Assembly: GCF_009914755.1 (NCBI RefSeq)
Contig: NC_060929.1
Strand: one strand, 5' to 3'
From: the human T2T-CHM13v2.0 reference genome, Homo sapiens
Length of the DNA: 64,000 bases
In this document: positions 1 through 19,500 of the stretch, one piece after another
How positions within the stretch are numbered: the stretch's first letter is position 1
Layout of the letters: each line of letters opens with the position of its first letter
Program-made: the position numbers and the translations under genes
Notes under the pieces: generated by a model
The model's database searches: none
What the model was told of the DNA's origin: nothing
The model's input: only the letters and a program-made list of their open reading frames with translations

Positions 1-469
1 ACCACCTTTTAAAAGGTCTGAATAGGAAATATTTGTCATCTGTTGTCTCTTAGGGTAGCCACTATGAGACTTCAAAAGAACCTTGGTCTCCACAATCTTT
101 TTTCTTAACCTGGACATTTCCTTTCTATTGATCCCAAGTCTTTAGACAAACTCAACCAATTGTCGACCAGAAAATGTTTAAATTTACCTACAGCCTGGAA
201 GCCCTACCCCAAAACCCTACCCCAGCTACAACCCTCCCCTCCCCTGTCTTCAAATTGTCCCGCCTTTCTGGATCAAACCAATGTATTTCTCAAATGTATT
301 TGACTGATGTCTCATGCCTCCCTAAAATGTATAATACAAAGCTTCACTGTGACCACCTTGAGCACACGTTCTCAGGACCTCCCAAGGTGTCACAGGCCAT
401 GGTCACTCATATCTGGCTGAGAATAAGTCTCTTCAAATATTTTACAGAGTTTGACTCTTTTCATTGACA
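1..469 (+). mobile_element. MER4-family (ERV1) LTR, 3' part
   Basis: Ends ...cttcaaatattttacagagtttgactcttttcattgaca, resembling the MER4A terminus; internal gaccaccttgagcacacgttctcaggacctcc motif. Confidence 0.8.
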
Positions 470-544
470 TTTTAATGTAGGAATATCTCTTTCACTCCCA
501 ATTTCCATAAGCTCTTTGTATTGTGGCAATATAAAACAAATTTT

Positions 545-867
<323 letters not shown>

Positions 868-1060
868 TTATTTTCTTGTCTTTAACACTTAAAAGGGGAA
901 AATAAGAAAAAATAGGTTTTATACAGAGTTGGAAGAAAAATGTTAATAGCATCTACAAGTTGAACATTTCACTAAAGAGGAAGAAGCATAAAAATAATAA
1001 TTATAATATAATGAAAATATAAATGTATAACAAAACATAATAATTATAAAAAATAATTAC

Positions 1061-1214
1061 CTTTTTTTGGTTTTGTGCTTTAGAATATGTACACCCTGCA
1101 AAGCAGGGAGAAAAATATTCAATATCATCTCTTCCACATATAGAAGAATAAATTGAAGATGAGCATCTACATTTTTCATTGCAAGGAGCCGTGAGGTTTC
1201 CCAACTTCCCTGTT
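1061..1214 (-). CDS. SLCO6A1: SLCO6A1 coding exon (probably exon 9), 154 bp, Kazal-like extracellular domain: TGKLGNLTAPCNEKCRCSSSIYSSICGRDDIEYFSPCFAGCTYSKAQNQKK
   Basis: tttacag|A...AAG|gtaatt; 1+153 nt; OATP Kazal-type Cys pattern CN-x2-C-x-C...CG...YFSPC-x-AGC. Confidence 0.97.
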
Positions 1215-1321
1215 CTGTAAAAACAAGATTGAATGTAATCATATTACCATTGTTTTATAATTATTGATGCAAATGTCAAGATATCAGTGAGATCCATAAA
1301 ATATGCTTATTGAAATAATTT

Positions 1322-2385
1322 CTTTTTTTAACAGCTTTACTGAGGTCTGAGGTACAATAGACTGCACATACTTAGACTAAAATTTGAAGATTTTTGATAT
1401 GTGTATACACTTGTGAAATCATCACCAAAATCATGCCAACAAACATAATAATCAAAAGTTTATTTATAACAAACATAATAATAAAAAAAAAAACCCAAAA
1501 GTTTCCTTGTGCCCCTTGGTAATTTCCCCACTCCCTAGCATACACTGATCTACTTTCTGTTACTATTCACTTGTTTGAATTTCCTAAGTGTTTATGAAAT
1601 AGAATCATAGAATATGTCTGGTTTCTTTGGCTTCTTTCATGCAGCTGGTCTTTATTTGGTCTTTGTATGGTCATATGCTTCCATGTCTCTTGGGTAAATA
1701 TTAAGAAATAGAATGTTTGCATCATGCAGTAGGTGTTCACTTAACTTTTTAAGAAACTGTCAGTTTTTCAGAACTGTTGTGATATTTTACATTTCCATCA
1801 GCAGTGTATAAGAGTTTCGTTTGTTCTCCTCACCAACACTTGGTATGGTCTCTTTTTAAAAAAATGTTAGACATTTTAACGGGGTGTAGTAGTTTCATAT
1901 TTTGGGTTTTAATAGGCATTTTGCTAGTGACAAATGATGTCGATCATCTTTCCATATATTTCTTTTCAAACTGTATTTTTTATTAAATATCTGTTCAAAT
2001 CATTTGCCTATTTTGTTGGATTGCTTATTTTTTAATATTCTGGAAGTAATTTTTTTGTTAGATATATTATTTTCCAATAGTTTTTCACATTCTATGGCTT
2101 GCTTTTTCATACCATAAACAAGTTCTTTCAAACAGTAGTTTTTAAATTTCTGACAAGTTTCAATTTATCAATTCATTTTTTTCTGGATTATGTGTTTGGT
2201 GTCACATCTAAAAGATACTTGCCTAATGCAAGATAAAAAATATTTTCTCTTATATTTTTGGAGTTTTATATTTTATATTTACATCTATAATTCATTTTGA
2301 ACTAATTATTTTATATGGTGCAAGATGTGAATTAAAATTCATTCATTTGCATATAGATATCTATCCAGCATAATTTCTTAAAATT
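1322..2385 (-). mobile_element. Old L1M (L1MC/L1ME-like) 3' end
   Basis: T-run followed by acagctttactgagg and degenerate antisense ORF2 C-terminal sequence. Confidence 0.7.
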
Positions 2386-2388
2386 ATT

Positions 2389-4820
<2,432 letters not shown>

Positions 4821-4829
4821 TAAAAATGT

Positions 4830-7380
<2,551 letters not shown>

Positions 7381-7900
7381 TTATTTTACTTGTTCAGTCC
7401 TTTGGTTTCCAATTCCAGTTTTGTTATTTAGTATTTAATATCAAGCTTTGCCCAATTCTTCGAATTTTGGCATGTTTAGCTTAAATGAGATATTACCCAT
7501 GCATACCTTCAGATGAACTTTAGTTTCATTCTTTGATGTCTATAAGAAGGCAGACAAACCAATTCAGAAACACAAGGTAAGACTGGCTTTGCACAGTTAG
7601 TACTGTCTCCTAGTTGCTACCCACCCTAATACAAAACTTTATTTATAGGTTCCAAACCTCTTCAATGTGTTTTTTCTTCATTACTTTACGAATGCATAAA
7701 CAGTCATATAAAAAGATACCATTATAATATTTGTGCCTTACTATGAAAATTTAAACTGTACTTTATATTTCTTTTATGTGTTTGATAATTCCAATAATTA
7801 TATGAACATATAAGGGTTACTGGATAGATAATTATTAATTGCCTGAGGAATATGCTGTAGGATTTTGATGTAAAAGTCTAATATACAAGACTACATTTAC

Positions 7901-8096
7901 CCATCATAATCTTCATTGATCCCAGCAAATTGCACTGGATTACAGCGTACAAAAATAATAAACACAAGCAGTATAAGTGATATCACAGATGTAACCATTA
8001 TAAATCTCATAAGGGCTTTACAAGACATTTCTAATGTGGAAACAATGACACCTCCCAGAAGCTGGCCAAGTGCACCTCCTGGAATTAAAACAAGTC
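7901..8096 (-). CDS. SLCO6A1: SLCO6A1 coding exon (probably exon 8), 196 bp: LVLIPGGALGQLLGGVIVSTLEMSCKALMRFIMVTSVISLILLVFIIFVRCNPVQFAGINEDYD(G)
   Basis: tttttttag|GA...GAT GG|gtaaat; 2+192+2 nt; OATP transmembrane segments plus C-x5-AG; lies in ORF 7897..8121. Confidence 0.97.
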
Positions 8097-9308
8097 CTAA
8101 AAAAAAGGAGGAGAAAAACACAGTTAAAAATAATCAGCTGATAGTACAGATAATACATACATTGATACAATTTCCTTTGCTCTAAACATATAGCAAACAT
8201 GTATTTAAACTAAAAGACAGAAAATGTACAGTTATGCTAAATAGCTTGACGAACCCGAACCTTAATAGAAACAAAAACCTGTCAGCAGGGCTGAAGCCAT
8301 AGGCCTACTGACTTCAGGGCAGTGATGGTGAAGTTTTGGTCCTTTATAGTAATGCCATCAAGGACAAACCGGGAACTTAGTCCATGCAAAATGGAAGACG
8401 AGAGCTGTCTTATTGAGATCTATTATTAACAAGCTTCCTGGATTTATAGCTTATCACAAGAGACAGGATTATACTGACAAAAGTTCACAGAGATTTGTTA
8501 ACAAGAATTGAACCAAGCCACCCATTAGTTCTATGAATGAACGTTCAATATTAATAATCTCACAACAAAGTGGGACTCTAGAAGAGCCATTAAAAGACAT
8601 TGTTTTCTATCCAAGAGTAAGGAATTAGAAACAGGTAAGCAAAAGAAAGAGAAAAAGGAGGGGGAGGAGGAGGAGGAGCAGGAGAAATATAGTCAGAAGA
8701 CAATCAGATGAGATAGCACAGTAAATTCATACATTGATGCAACTCCCTGTAATCCAAATATATAATACTGTTACATCTAAATATGAATTTAACAAGAAAA
8801 ACATAGGATAAAAAACAACAAAAAAAATCCCATTAACACTAGATTAAATTTATAGAAGTGCCTGACAAAGACTTGAAAATAAACAATTTTAGAATGCTTA
8901 GAAAGATAAATGACATAAAGAGCTCCAGTCTGCAGCTCCCAGAGAGACCAATGCAGAAGGTGAGTGATTTCGGCATTTCCAACTGAGGTACCCGGTTCAT
9001 CTCACCGGGACTCATTAGATAGCGGGTGTAGCCCACGGAGGCCGAGCAGAAGCAGGGTGGGGAATCACCTCACCCGAGAAGCAGAAGGGGCTGGGGAACT
9101 CCCTCCCCTAGCCAAGGGAAGCTGTGAGGGACTGTGCCATGAGGGACGGTGCTATCCGGCCCAGATACTATGCTTTTCCCATGGTTTTGGCAATCCACAG
9201 ATAAGGAGATTCCCTCGGGTGCCTACACCACCAGGGCCCTGGGTTTCAAGCACAAAACTGGGCTGCCAGTTGGGCAGACAATGAGCTAGCTGCAGGAGTT
9301 TTTTTTTT

Positions 9309-9527
9309 TCATACCCCAGTGGCACCTGGAACCCCAGTGAGACAGAACTGTTCACTCCCCTGGAAACGGAGCCGAAGCCAGGGAGCCAAGTGGTCTTGCT
9401 CAGCAGGTTCCACTCCCATGGAGCCGAGAAAGCTAAGATCCACTGGCTTGAAATTCTTGCTGCCAACACAGCAGTCTGAAGTCAACCTAAGATGCTCGAG
9501 CTTGGTGGGGAGAGGGGCATCTGCCAT
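9309..9527 (-). CDS. L1 ORF0-like antisense ORF, 72 aa (MADAPLPTKLEHLRLTSDCCVGS...TGVPGATGV)
   Basis: Open frame; gtaATGG Kozak context; N-terminus resembles primate L1 ORF0 (MAGAPPP...ISDCC); expression not shown. Confidence 0.45.
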   Translation of the reverse strand: MADAPLPTKLEHLRLTSDCCVGSKNFKPVDLSFLGSMGVEPAEQDHLAPWLRLRFQGSEQFCLTGVPGATGV

Positions 9528-10233
9528 TACTGAGGCTTGAGTAGGCAGTTTTCCCCTCACAGTGTAAACAAAGCCGATGGGAAGTTTGGACTGGTGGAAC
9601 CCCCAACAGCACGGCAAAGCCAGTGTAGCCAGACTGCCTCTCTTGATTCCTCCTCACTGGGCAGGGCATCCTTGAAAGAAAAGCAGCAGCCCCAGTCTGG
9701 GGCTTATAGATGAAACTCCCATCTCCCTGGGACAGAGCACCTGGGGGAAGGGGTGGCTGCGGGTGCAGCTTCAGCAGACCTAAACATTCCTGCCTGCTGC
9801 CTCTGAAGAGAGCAGCACATCTCCCAGCACAATGCTCGAGCTCTGCTAAGGGAATGACTGCTTCCTCAAGTGGGTCCCTGACTCCCATGCCTCCTGACTG
9901 GAAGACACCTCCCAGCAGGGGTCAGCAGACACTTCATACAGGAGAGCTCCGGCTGGCATTTGGCAGGTGTCCATCTGGGACAAAGCTTCCAGAAAAGGAG
10001 CAGGCAGCAATCTCTGCTGCTCTGCAGTCTCTGCTGGTGATACCCAGGCAAACAGGGTCTGGAGTGGACCTCCAGCAAACTCCAGCAGACCTGTAGAAGA
10101 GAAGCCTTACTGTTAGAAGAAAAACTAACAAACAGAAAGCAATAACATCAACATCCACAAAAAAGATGCCCATGCAAAAACCCCATCCAAAGGTCATCGG
10201 CATCAAAGATCAAAGGTAGATAAATCCATAAAG

Positions 10234-11257
10234 ATGAGGAAAAACCAGTGCAAAAAGGCTGAAAATTCCCAAAACCAGAATGCCTCTTCTCCTCCAAAGG
10301 ATCACAACTCCTCACCAGCAAGGGAACACAAATGGACAAAAAATGAGTTTCACAAATTGACAGAAGTAAGCTTCAGAAGGTGGGTAATAACAAACTCCTC
10401 TGAGCTAAAGGAGCACATTCTAACCCAATGCAAGGAAGCTAAAAACCTTGATAAATGGTTACAGGAGCTGCTAACTAGAATAACCAGTTTAGAAAAGAAC
10501 ACAAATGATCTGATGGAGCTGAAAAACACAGCACAAGAACTTTGTGAAGCATACACAAGGAACAATAGCTGAATCGATCAAGTGGAAGAAAGGATATCAG
10601 AGATTAAAGATCAACTTAAGGATATAAAGCATGAAGACAAGATTAGAGAAAAAAGAATGAAAAGGAATGAACAAAGCCTAAAAGATATATGGGACTCTAT
10701 GAAAAGACCAAACCTATGATTGATTGGTGTACCTGAAAGTGATGGGGAGAATGGACCCAGGTTGGAAAACACACTGCAGGATATTATCCAGGAGAACTTC
10801 CCCAACCTAGCAAGACAGGCCAACATTCAAATTCAGGAAATACAGAGAACACCACTAAGATACTCCATGAGAAGAGCAACCCCAAGACACATAATCATCA
10901 GATTAATCAAGGTTAAAACAAAGCAAAAAATGTTAAGGGCAGCTAGAGAGAAAGGTCAGGTTACCTACTAAGGGAAGCCCATCAGACTAAGAGCAGATCT
11001 CTCTGCAGAAACCCTACAAGCCAGAAGATAGTGGGGGCCAATATTCAACATTCTTAAAGAAAATAATTTTAAACCCAGAATTTCATATCCAACCAAACTA
11101 AGCTTCATAAGTGAAGGAGAAATAAAATTCTTCACAGACAAGCAAATGTTGAAGGATTTTGTCACCACCAGGACTGCCTTACAAGAGCTCCTGCAGGAAA
11201 CACTAAATATGGGAAGGAAAAACTAGTACCAGCCACTGCAAAAACACCAAAATATCA
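10234..11257 (+). pseudogene. L1 ORF1p, disrupted by stops
   Basis: ORFs 10234..10572 and 10720..10971 carry ORF1p motifs (IGVPESDGENG, QENFPNLARQ, TPRHII). Confidence 0.9.
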
Positions 11258-11320
11258 TGACCAACAACACTATGAAGAAACTCCATCAACTACTGTGCAA
11301 AATATCCAGCTATCTTCATG

Positions 11321-14300
11321 ATGACAGGATCAAATTCGCACATAACAATATTAACCTTAAATGTAAATAGGCTAAATACCCCAATTAATAGATACAGAAT
11401 GGCAAATTGGAAAAACAGTCAAGACCCTTCACTGTGCTGTATTCAGGAGACCCATCTCATGTGCAAAGACACACATAGGCTCAAAATAAAGGGATAGAGG
11501 AATATTTACCAAGCAAATGGAAAGAAGAAAAAAAAGCAGTGGTTGCAGTCCTAGTCTCTGATAAAACAGACTTTAAACCAACAAAGATCAAAAAAGCCAA
11601 AGAAGGGCATTACATATTGGTAAAGGGATCAATGCAACAAGAGCTAGCTATCTTAAATATATATGCACCCAATACAAGAGCACCAAGATTCATAAAGCAA
11701 GTTCTTAGAAACCTACAAAGAGACTTAGACTCTCATACAATAATAGTGGGACACTTTAACACCCCACTGTCAATATTAGACAGATCAACGAGATAGAAAA
11801 TTAACAAGGATATTCAGGACTTGAACTCAGCTCTGGACCAAGCTGATCTAATAGACAACTACAGAACTCTTCACCCCAAATTAACAGAATATACATTCTT
11901 CTCAGCACCACACAGCATTTATTCTAAAATTGACCACATAACTAGAAGTAAAACACTCCTTAGCAAATGCAAAAGAATGGAAATCATAACAAACAGTCTC
12001 TCAGACCAAAGTGCAACCAAATTAGATCTCAGGATTAAGAAACACACTCAAAACTGCATAACTACATTGAAACTGAACAACTTGCTACTGAATGACTACT
12101 GGGTAAATAATAAAATTAAGGCAGAAATAAATAAGTTCTTTAAAACCAATGAGAACTAAGACAAGGTACCAGAATCTCTGGGACACAGCTAAAGCAGTGT
12201 TTAGAGGAAAATTTATAGCACTAAATGCCCACAGGAGAAAGCAGGAAAGATCTAAAATTGACACCATAACATTGCAATGAAAAGAACTAGAGAAGCAAGA
12301 GCAAAAACATTCAAAAGCTAGCAGAAGACAAGACATAATTAAGATCAGAGCAGAACTGAAGGAGACAGAGACACAAAAAGCCCTTCAAAAAATCAATGAA
12401 TCAAGGAGCTAGTTTTTTGAAAAGATTAACAAACTAGATACACTGCTAGCCAGACTAATAAAAAAGAAAAGAGGGAAGAATCAAACAGACACAATAAAAA
12501 ATAATAAAAGGGTGTCACCACTGATCTCACAATAATACAAACTACCATCAGAGAATACTATAAACACTTCTATGCAAATAAAGTAGAAAATCGAGAATAA
12601 ACTGATAAATTCCTGGACACATACACCCTCCCAAGACTAAACCAGGAAGAAGTCGAATCCCTGAGTAGGCCAGTAACAAGTTCTGAAATTGAGGCAGTAA
12701 TTAGTAGGCTACCAATGAAAAAAAGCCCAGGATCAGATGGATCGACAGCCAAATTCTACAAGAGGTACAAAGAAGAGTTGGTACCATTCCTTCTGAAACT
12801 ATTCCAAACAATAGAAAAAGAGGGACTCCTCCTTAATTCATTTTATGAGGCCAGCATCATCCAGATACCAAAACCTGGCATAGACAAAACAACAAAGAAA
12901 TTTCAGACTAATATTCCTGATGAACAGTGTTGGGAAAATCCTCAACAAAATACTGGCAAACCGAATCAAGCAGCACACTAGAAAGCTTATCCACCATAAT
13001 CAAGTCATCTTCATTCCTGGGATGCAAGGCTGGTTCAACATACACAAATCAATAAACATAATCCATCACATAAACAGAACCAATGACAAAAACCACATGA
13101 TTATCTCAATAGATGCAGAAAATCCCTTCGATAAAATTTAACACCCCTTCATGCTAAAAACACTCAATAAACTAGGTATTGATGGAGCATATATCAAAAT
13201 AATAAGAGCTATTTATGATAAACCCACAGCTAATATCATACTGAATGTGCAAAAGCAGGAAGCATTCCCTTTGAAAACTGGCACAAGACAAGGATGCCCT
13301 CTCGCACCACTCCTATGCAACATAGTATTGGAAATTCTGCCCAGGGTGATTAGGCAAGAGAAAGAAATAAAGCGTATTCAAATAGGAAGAGAGGAAGTCA
13401 AATTATCTCTGTTTGCAGATAACATGATTGTATATTTAGAAAACCCCATAATCTCAGCCCAAAATCTCCTTAAGAGGATAAGAAACTTTGGCAAAGTCTC
13501 AGGATACAAAATCAATGTGCAAAAATCACAGGCATTCCTATACACCATTAGTAGACAGAGTACCAAATCATGAGTGAATTCCCATTCACAACTGCTACAA
13601 AGAGAATAAAATACCTAGGAATACAAGGTATTTACAAGGGATGTGAAGAACTTCTTCAAGGAGAACTACAAACCACTGCTCAAGGAAATAAGAGAGGACA
13701 GAAGCACATGGAAAAACATTCCATGCTCATGGATAGGAAGAATCAATATCGTGAAAATGGCCATACTGCCCAAAGTAATTTATAGATTTATGCTATTCCC
13801 ATCAAACTACCATTGACTTTATCCACAGAATTAGAGAAAACTACTTTAAACTTCATATGGAACCAAAAAGAGCCCATACAGCCAAGACAATCCTAAGCCA
13901 AATGAACAAAGCTGGAAGCATCACGGTACCTGACTTCAAATTATACTACAAGGCTACAGTAACCAAAACAGCATGGTACTGGTACCAAAACAGAGATATA
14001 GACCAATGGAACAGAACACAGCCCTCAGAAATAATGCTGTGTATCTACAACTATCTGATCTTTGACAAACCTGACAAAAACAAGCAATGCGGAAATGGTT
14101 CCCTATTTTATAAATGGTGCTGGGAAGATTGGCTAGCCATATGCAGAAAACTGAAACTGGACCCCTTCCTTACAGCTTATACAAAAATTAACTCAAGACA
14201 GATATAAGACTTAAATGTAAAACCTAAAACCATAAAAACCCTAGAGGAAAACCTAGGCAATACCATTCAGGACATAGGCATGGGCAAAGACTTCGTGACT

Positions 14301-15137
14301 AAAACACTAAAAGCAAAGGCAATAAAAGCCAAAATTGACAAATGGAATCTAATTAAACTAAAGAGCTTCTGCACAGCAAAAGAAACTATCATCAGAGTGA
14401 ATGGGCAACCTACAGAATGGGAGAAAATTTTTGAAATCTATCCATCTGACAAAGGCTAATATCCAGAATCTACAAGGAACTTAAACAAATTTACAAGAAA
14501 AAAACAAACAACCCCATCAAAAACTGGGCAAAGGATATGAACAGACACTTCTCAAAAGAAGACATTTATGTGGTCAACAAAGACATGAAAAAAAGCTCAT
14601 CATCACTGGTTATTAGAGAAATGCAAATCAAAACCACAATGAGATACCATCTCATGCCAGTTAGAAAGGCAATCATTAAAAAGTCAGGAAACAACAGATG
14701 CTGGCAAGATTGTGGAGAAATAGAAACACTTTTACACTGTTGGTGGGAGTGTAAATTAGTTCAATCATTGCGGAAAACAGTGTGGTGCTTCCTCAAGGGT
14801 CTACACCAGAAATACTATTTGGCCCAGCAATCCCATTACTGCTTATATATCCAAAGGATTATAAATAATTCTACAATAAAGACACATGCACAAGTATGTT
14901 TATTGCAGCACTATTTACAATAGCAAAGGCTTGGAAGCAACCCAAATGCCCATTCATGATAGACGGGATAAAGAAAATGTGGCACATATACACCATAGAA
15001 TAGTATGCAGCCATAAAGAAGATTGAGTTCATGTCCTTTGCAGGTCATGGATAAAACTGGAAACCATCATTCTCCACAAACTAACACAGGAACAGGAAAT
15101 AAAACATCACATATTCTTACTCATAAGTGGGAGTTGA
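11321..15137 (+). pseudogene. L1 ORF2p (endonuclease/reverse transcriptase), disrupted
   Basis: atgacaggatcaaat start; [14 protein letters not shown] and LFADNMIVY motifs; many stops and frameshifts; stop at gagttga. Confidence 0.92.
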
Positions 15138-15389
15138 ACAATGACATAAAAATGAAAGTGTTCATATAAATAAAGAAGAAAAATAAAAAGAGATGATAAA
15201 AAAGTGAATAAAATATAAATAAGAAACCTGGATATTAAAAAATATAATTCTTAAAAACTCAAATCTCAGGATGACCTTCAGACTAGAGACAATTATAAGC
15301 AAATTGATAAAGTACACTGTGTTATTACAGTGTGTATTAAAAAAAGATAAAAGAGTGAGAGAAGAATAACCAAAACAAACAAAAGACAA

Positions 15390-16436
<1,047 letters not shown>

Positions 16437-16582
16437 TAATGAAATATTAGCCCTGGAAATAAATGTACACTCCAACTACTGAGAAGTAACAAAAAGTCAC
16501 CCTTACAGATAACAAGGTAGGAAATCTTCATAACAACAAGAATAAAGAAAAAAATTGTATAAGCTGCTAGAGGACATATTAC

Positions 16583-19500
16583 TTTTATTTTACATTCAGG
16601 GATACATATGCAGGTTAGTTATATAGGTAAACTTGTGTCACAAGGGTTTGTTATACAGATTATCTCATTACCCAGGTAAAAAGCTTAGTACCTGATAGTT
16701 ATTTTTTCTGATCCTCTCCATCCTACCACCCTCCACCCTCAGGTAGGCTCCAGTGTCTGTTGTTCTCTTTGCATCTATAGGTTCTTATTTAGCTTCCATG
16801 TCTTTGCTATTGTGAATAGTGCTGCGATGAACATATGCATGCATGTGTCTTTGTATAGAAAAATTTATATTCCTCTGGGTATATATCCAGTAATGAGATT
16901 GCTGCATCACATGGTAGTTTTGCCTTTAGCTCTTTGAGGAATCACCACACTGCTTTCCACAATGGCTGAACTAATTTACACTCCCACCAGCAGTGTATAA
17001 GCATTCTCTTTTCTCTGCAACCTCGCCAGCACTTGTTATTTTTTGACTTTTTAGTAATAGCCATTCTGAATAGTGTGAGATGGTATCTCGTGGTATTGAT
17101 TTGCATTTCTCTAATGATAAGTGATACTGAGGTTTTTTCATATGACTGTTGGCCACATGTCTTCTTTTGAGAGGTGTCTGTTTAAGTCCTATGCCCACTT
17201 TATTATGGGGCTTTCTTTTTCTTCTAAGTTTAAGCTCCTTATAAATGCTTAAGCTCCTTATAAATGCTGGATTTTAGACCTTTGTCAGATGCTTACCTTG
17301 GAAATATTTTCTCCCATTCTGTAGATTGTCTAGTTTACTCTGTTGATAGTTTCTTTTGCTGTGCAGAAGCTCTTAAGTTTAATTAGATCCCATTTGTAAA
17401 CTTTTACTTTTGTTGCAATGGCTTTTGGAGTCTACGTCCTAAAATCTTTGCCAGTTCCTATGTGCAGAATGGTATTCCCTAGGTTTTCTTCTAGGGTTTT
17501 TATAGTTTTGGGTTTTACATTTAAGTCTTTAATCCATCTCAAGTTGATTTTTGTATATGGTATAAAGAGAGAGTCCAGTTTCAACCTTCTGCATACGGCT
17601 TGCCAGTCATACCAGCACCATTTACTGAATAGGGAATCCTTTCCTCATTGCTTGTTTTAGTCAGGTTTGTTGAAGATCAGATGGTTGTAGGTGTGTGGCC
17701 TTACTTCTGGGCTGTCTATTCTGTTCCATTGGTCTATGTGTCTGTTTTTGTACCAGTATGATGCTGTTTTGGTTACTGTAGCCCCGTAGTATAGTCTGAA
17801 GTTGGGTAATGTGATGCCTCCAGCTTTGTTCTTTTTGCTTAGGATTGTCTTGGCTATTCGAGCTCTTTTTTGGATCCATATGAATTTTAAAATAGTTTTT
17901 ATCTAGTTCTGTGAAGAATTGCATTGGTAGTTTAATAGGAATAGCACTGAATCTGTAAACTGCTTTGGGCAGTGTGGCCATTTTAAAGATATTGATTCTT
18001 CCTATTCATAAGCATGGAGTGTTTTCCCATTTGTTTGTGTCATCTCTTATTTCTTTGAGCAGTGTTTTGTAATTTATTGTAAAGATCTGTAAATTCCCGG
18101 GTTAGCTGCATTCCTAGGTATTTAAATCTTTTTGTGGAAACTGTGAATAGAATTGCATTTCTAATTTGGCTCTCAGCTGGCTGTTGTTGGTGTATAGAAA
18201 TATTATTGATTTTTGTATGTTGATTTTGTATCCAGAAACTTTGCTGATGGCTGTTTCTCAGCTTAAGGAGCTTTTGGGCCAAGACTATGGGGTTTTCTAG
18301 ATATAGAATCATGTTGTTTGCAAACAGGGATAGTTTGGCTTCCTCTCTTTTTATGTAGATGCCCTTCATTTCTTTCTCTTGTCTGATTGTTCTGGGCTGG
18401 ACTTCTAATATTATGTTGAATAGGAATGGTGAGAGGGGGCATCCTTGTTCTGGTTTTCAAGGGGAATGCTTCCAGCTTTTCCCCATTCAGTATAATGTTG
18501 GCTGTGGGTTTGTCATAGATGGCTCTTATTATTTTTAGGTATGTTCCTTCAGTACCTAGTTTGTTGAGAGTTTTTAACATGAAGGGATGTTGAATTTTAT
18601 TGAAAGTCATTTCTTCATCTATTCAGATGATCATGTGGTTTTCACTTTAGTTCTATTTATGTGATAAATCATGTTTATTGACGTGTGTATGTTTAACCAA
18701 TCTTGCATTACAGGGATAAAACCTACTTGATCATGGTGGATTAGCTTTTGATGTACTGCTGGATTTATTTGCTAGTATGTATTGAAGATTTTTGCATGTA
18801 TGTCCATCAAGGATATTGGCCTGAATTTTTGTTTTTTTGTTGGTCTCTTCCAGGTTTTGGTATCAGGATGATTCTGGCCTCATAGAATGAGATGGGCAGG
18901 AGTCTCCCCTCCTCAATTTGTTGGAATAGTTTTAGTAGTAATGACACCAGCTCTTCTTTGTACATTTGGTAGAGTTTGACTGTGAATCCATCTAATCCTG
19001 GGCTTTTTTTGGTTTGTAGGCTATTTATTGCTATTTCAGTTTTGGAGCTCATTATTAGTCTGTTCAGGAATTTAATTTCTTCCTAGATCAGTCTTGAGAG
19101 GCTTTATGTGTCCAGGAATTTATTCATTTTTTCTAGATTTTCTAGTTCATGTTTGTAAAGGTGCTCATAGTAGTCTCTGATTGTTATTTGTGTTTCTGTG
19201 GGGTCAGTGGTAATATCCTCCTTATCATTTCTAATTGTGTTTATTTGGATCTTCTCTCTTATTAATTTTTCAAAAAACCAACTCTTGGATTCATTGTTCC
19301 TTTGAATGTTTTTTTGTGTCTCCATCCCCTTCAGTTCAGCTCTGATTTTGGTTATTTCTTTTCCTCCTCTAGCTTTAGAATTGGTTTGCTGTTGCTTCTC
19401 TAGTTCTTTTTGTTGTGATGTTAGTTTTTAAATTGGGGTTTTTCTAACTTTTTGATGTGAGCATGTGGTGCTATACATTTCCCTCTTCATACTGCCTTAG

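Larger units (their letters stand above)
8920..15144 (+). mobile_element. Near full-length L1 (L1PA7/L1PA8-like) lacking about 30 nt at the 5' end and the 3'UTR/poly(A)
   Basis: 5'UTR gctccagtctgcagctcccag...ctgaggtacccgg; ORF1 MRKNQCKKAENS; ORF2 EN/RT fragments; flanked by aatgacataaa at 8909-8919 and 15140-15150. Confidence 0.95.

Noticed and set aside
1001-1060. Hydrophobic read-through after exon 9 (VIIFYNYY...)
   Set aside because: AT-rich intron following a good AAG|gtaatt donor; no further support.
7916-8185. Plus-strand 89-aa ORF
   Set aside because: Antisense shadow of exon 8.
8964-10206. Cluster of overlapping 70-133 aa ORFs
   Set aside because: GC-rich L1 5'UTR; only the ORF0-like frame has a known counterpart.
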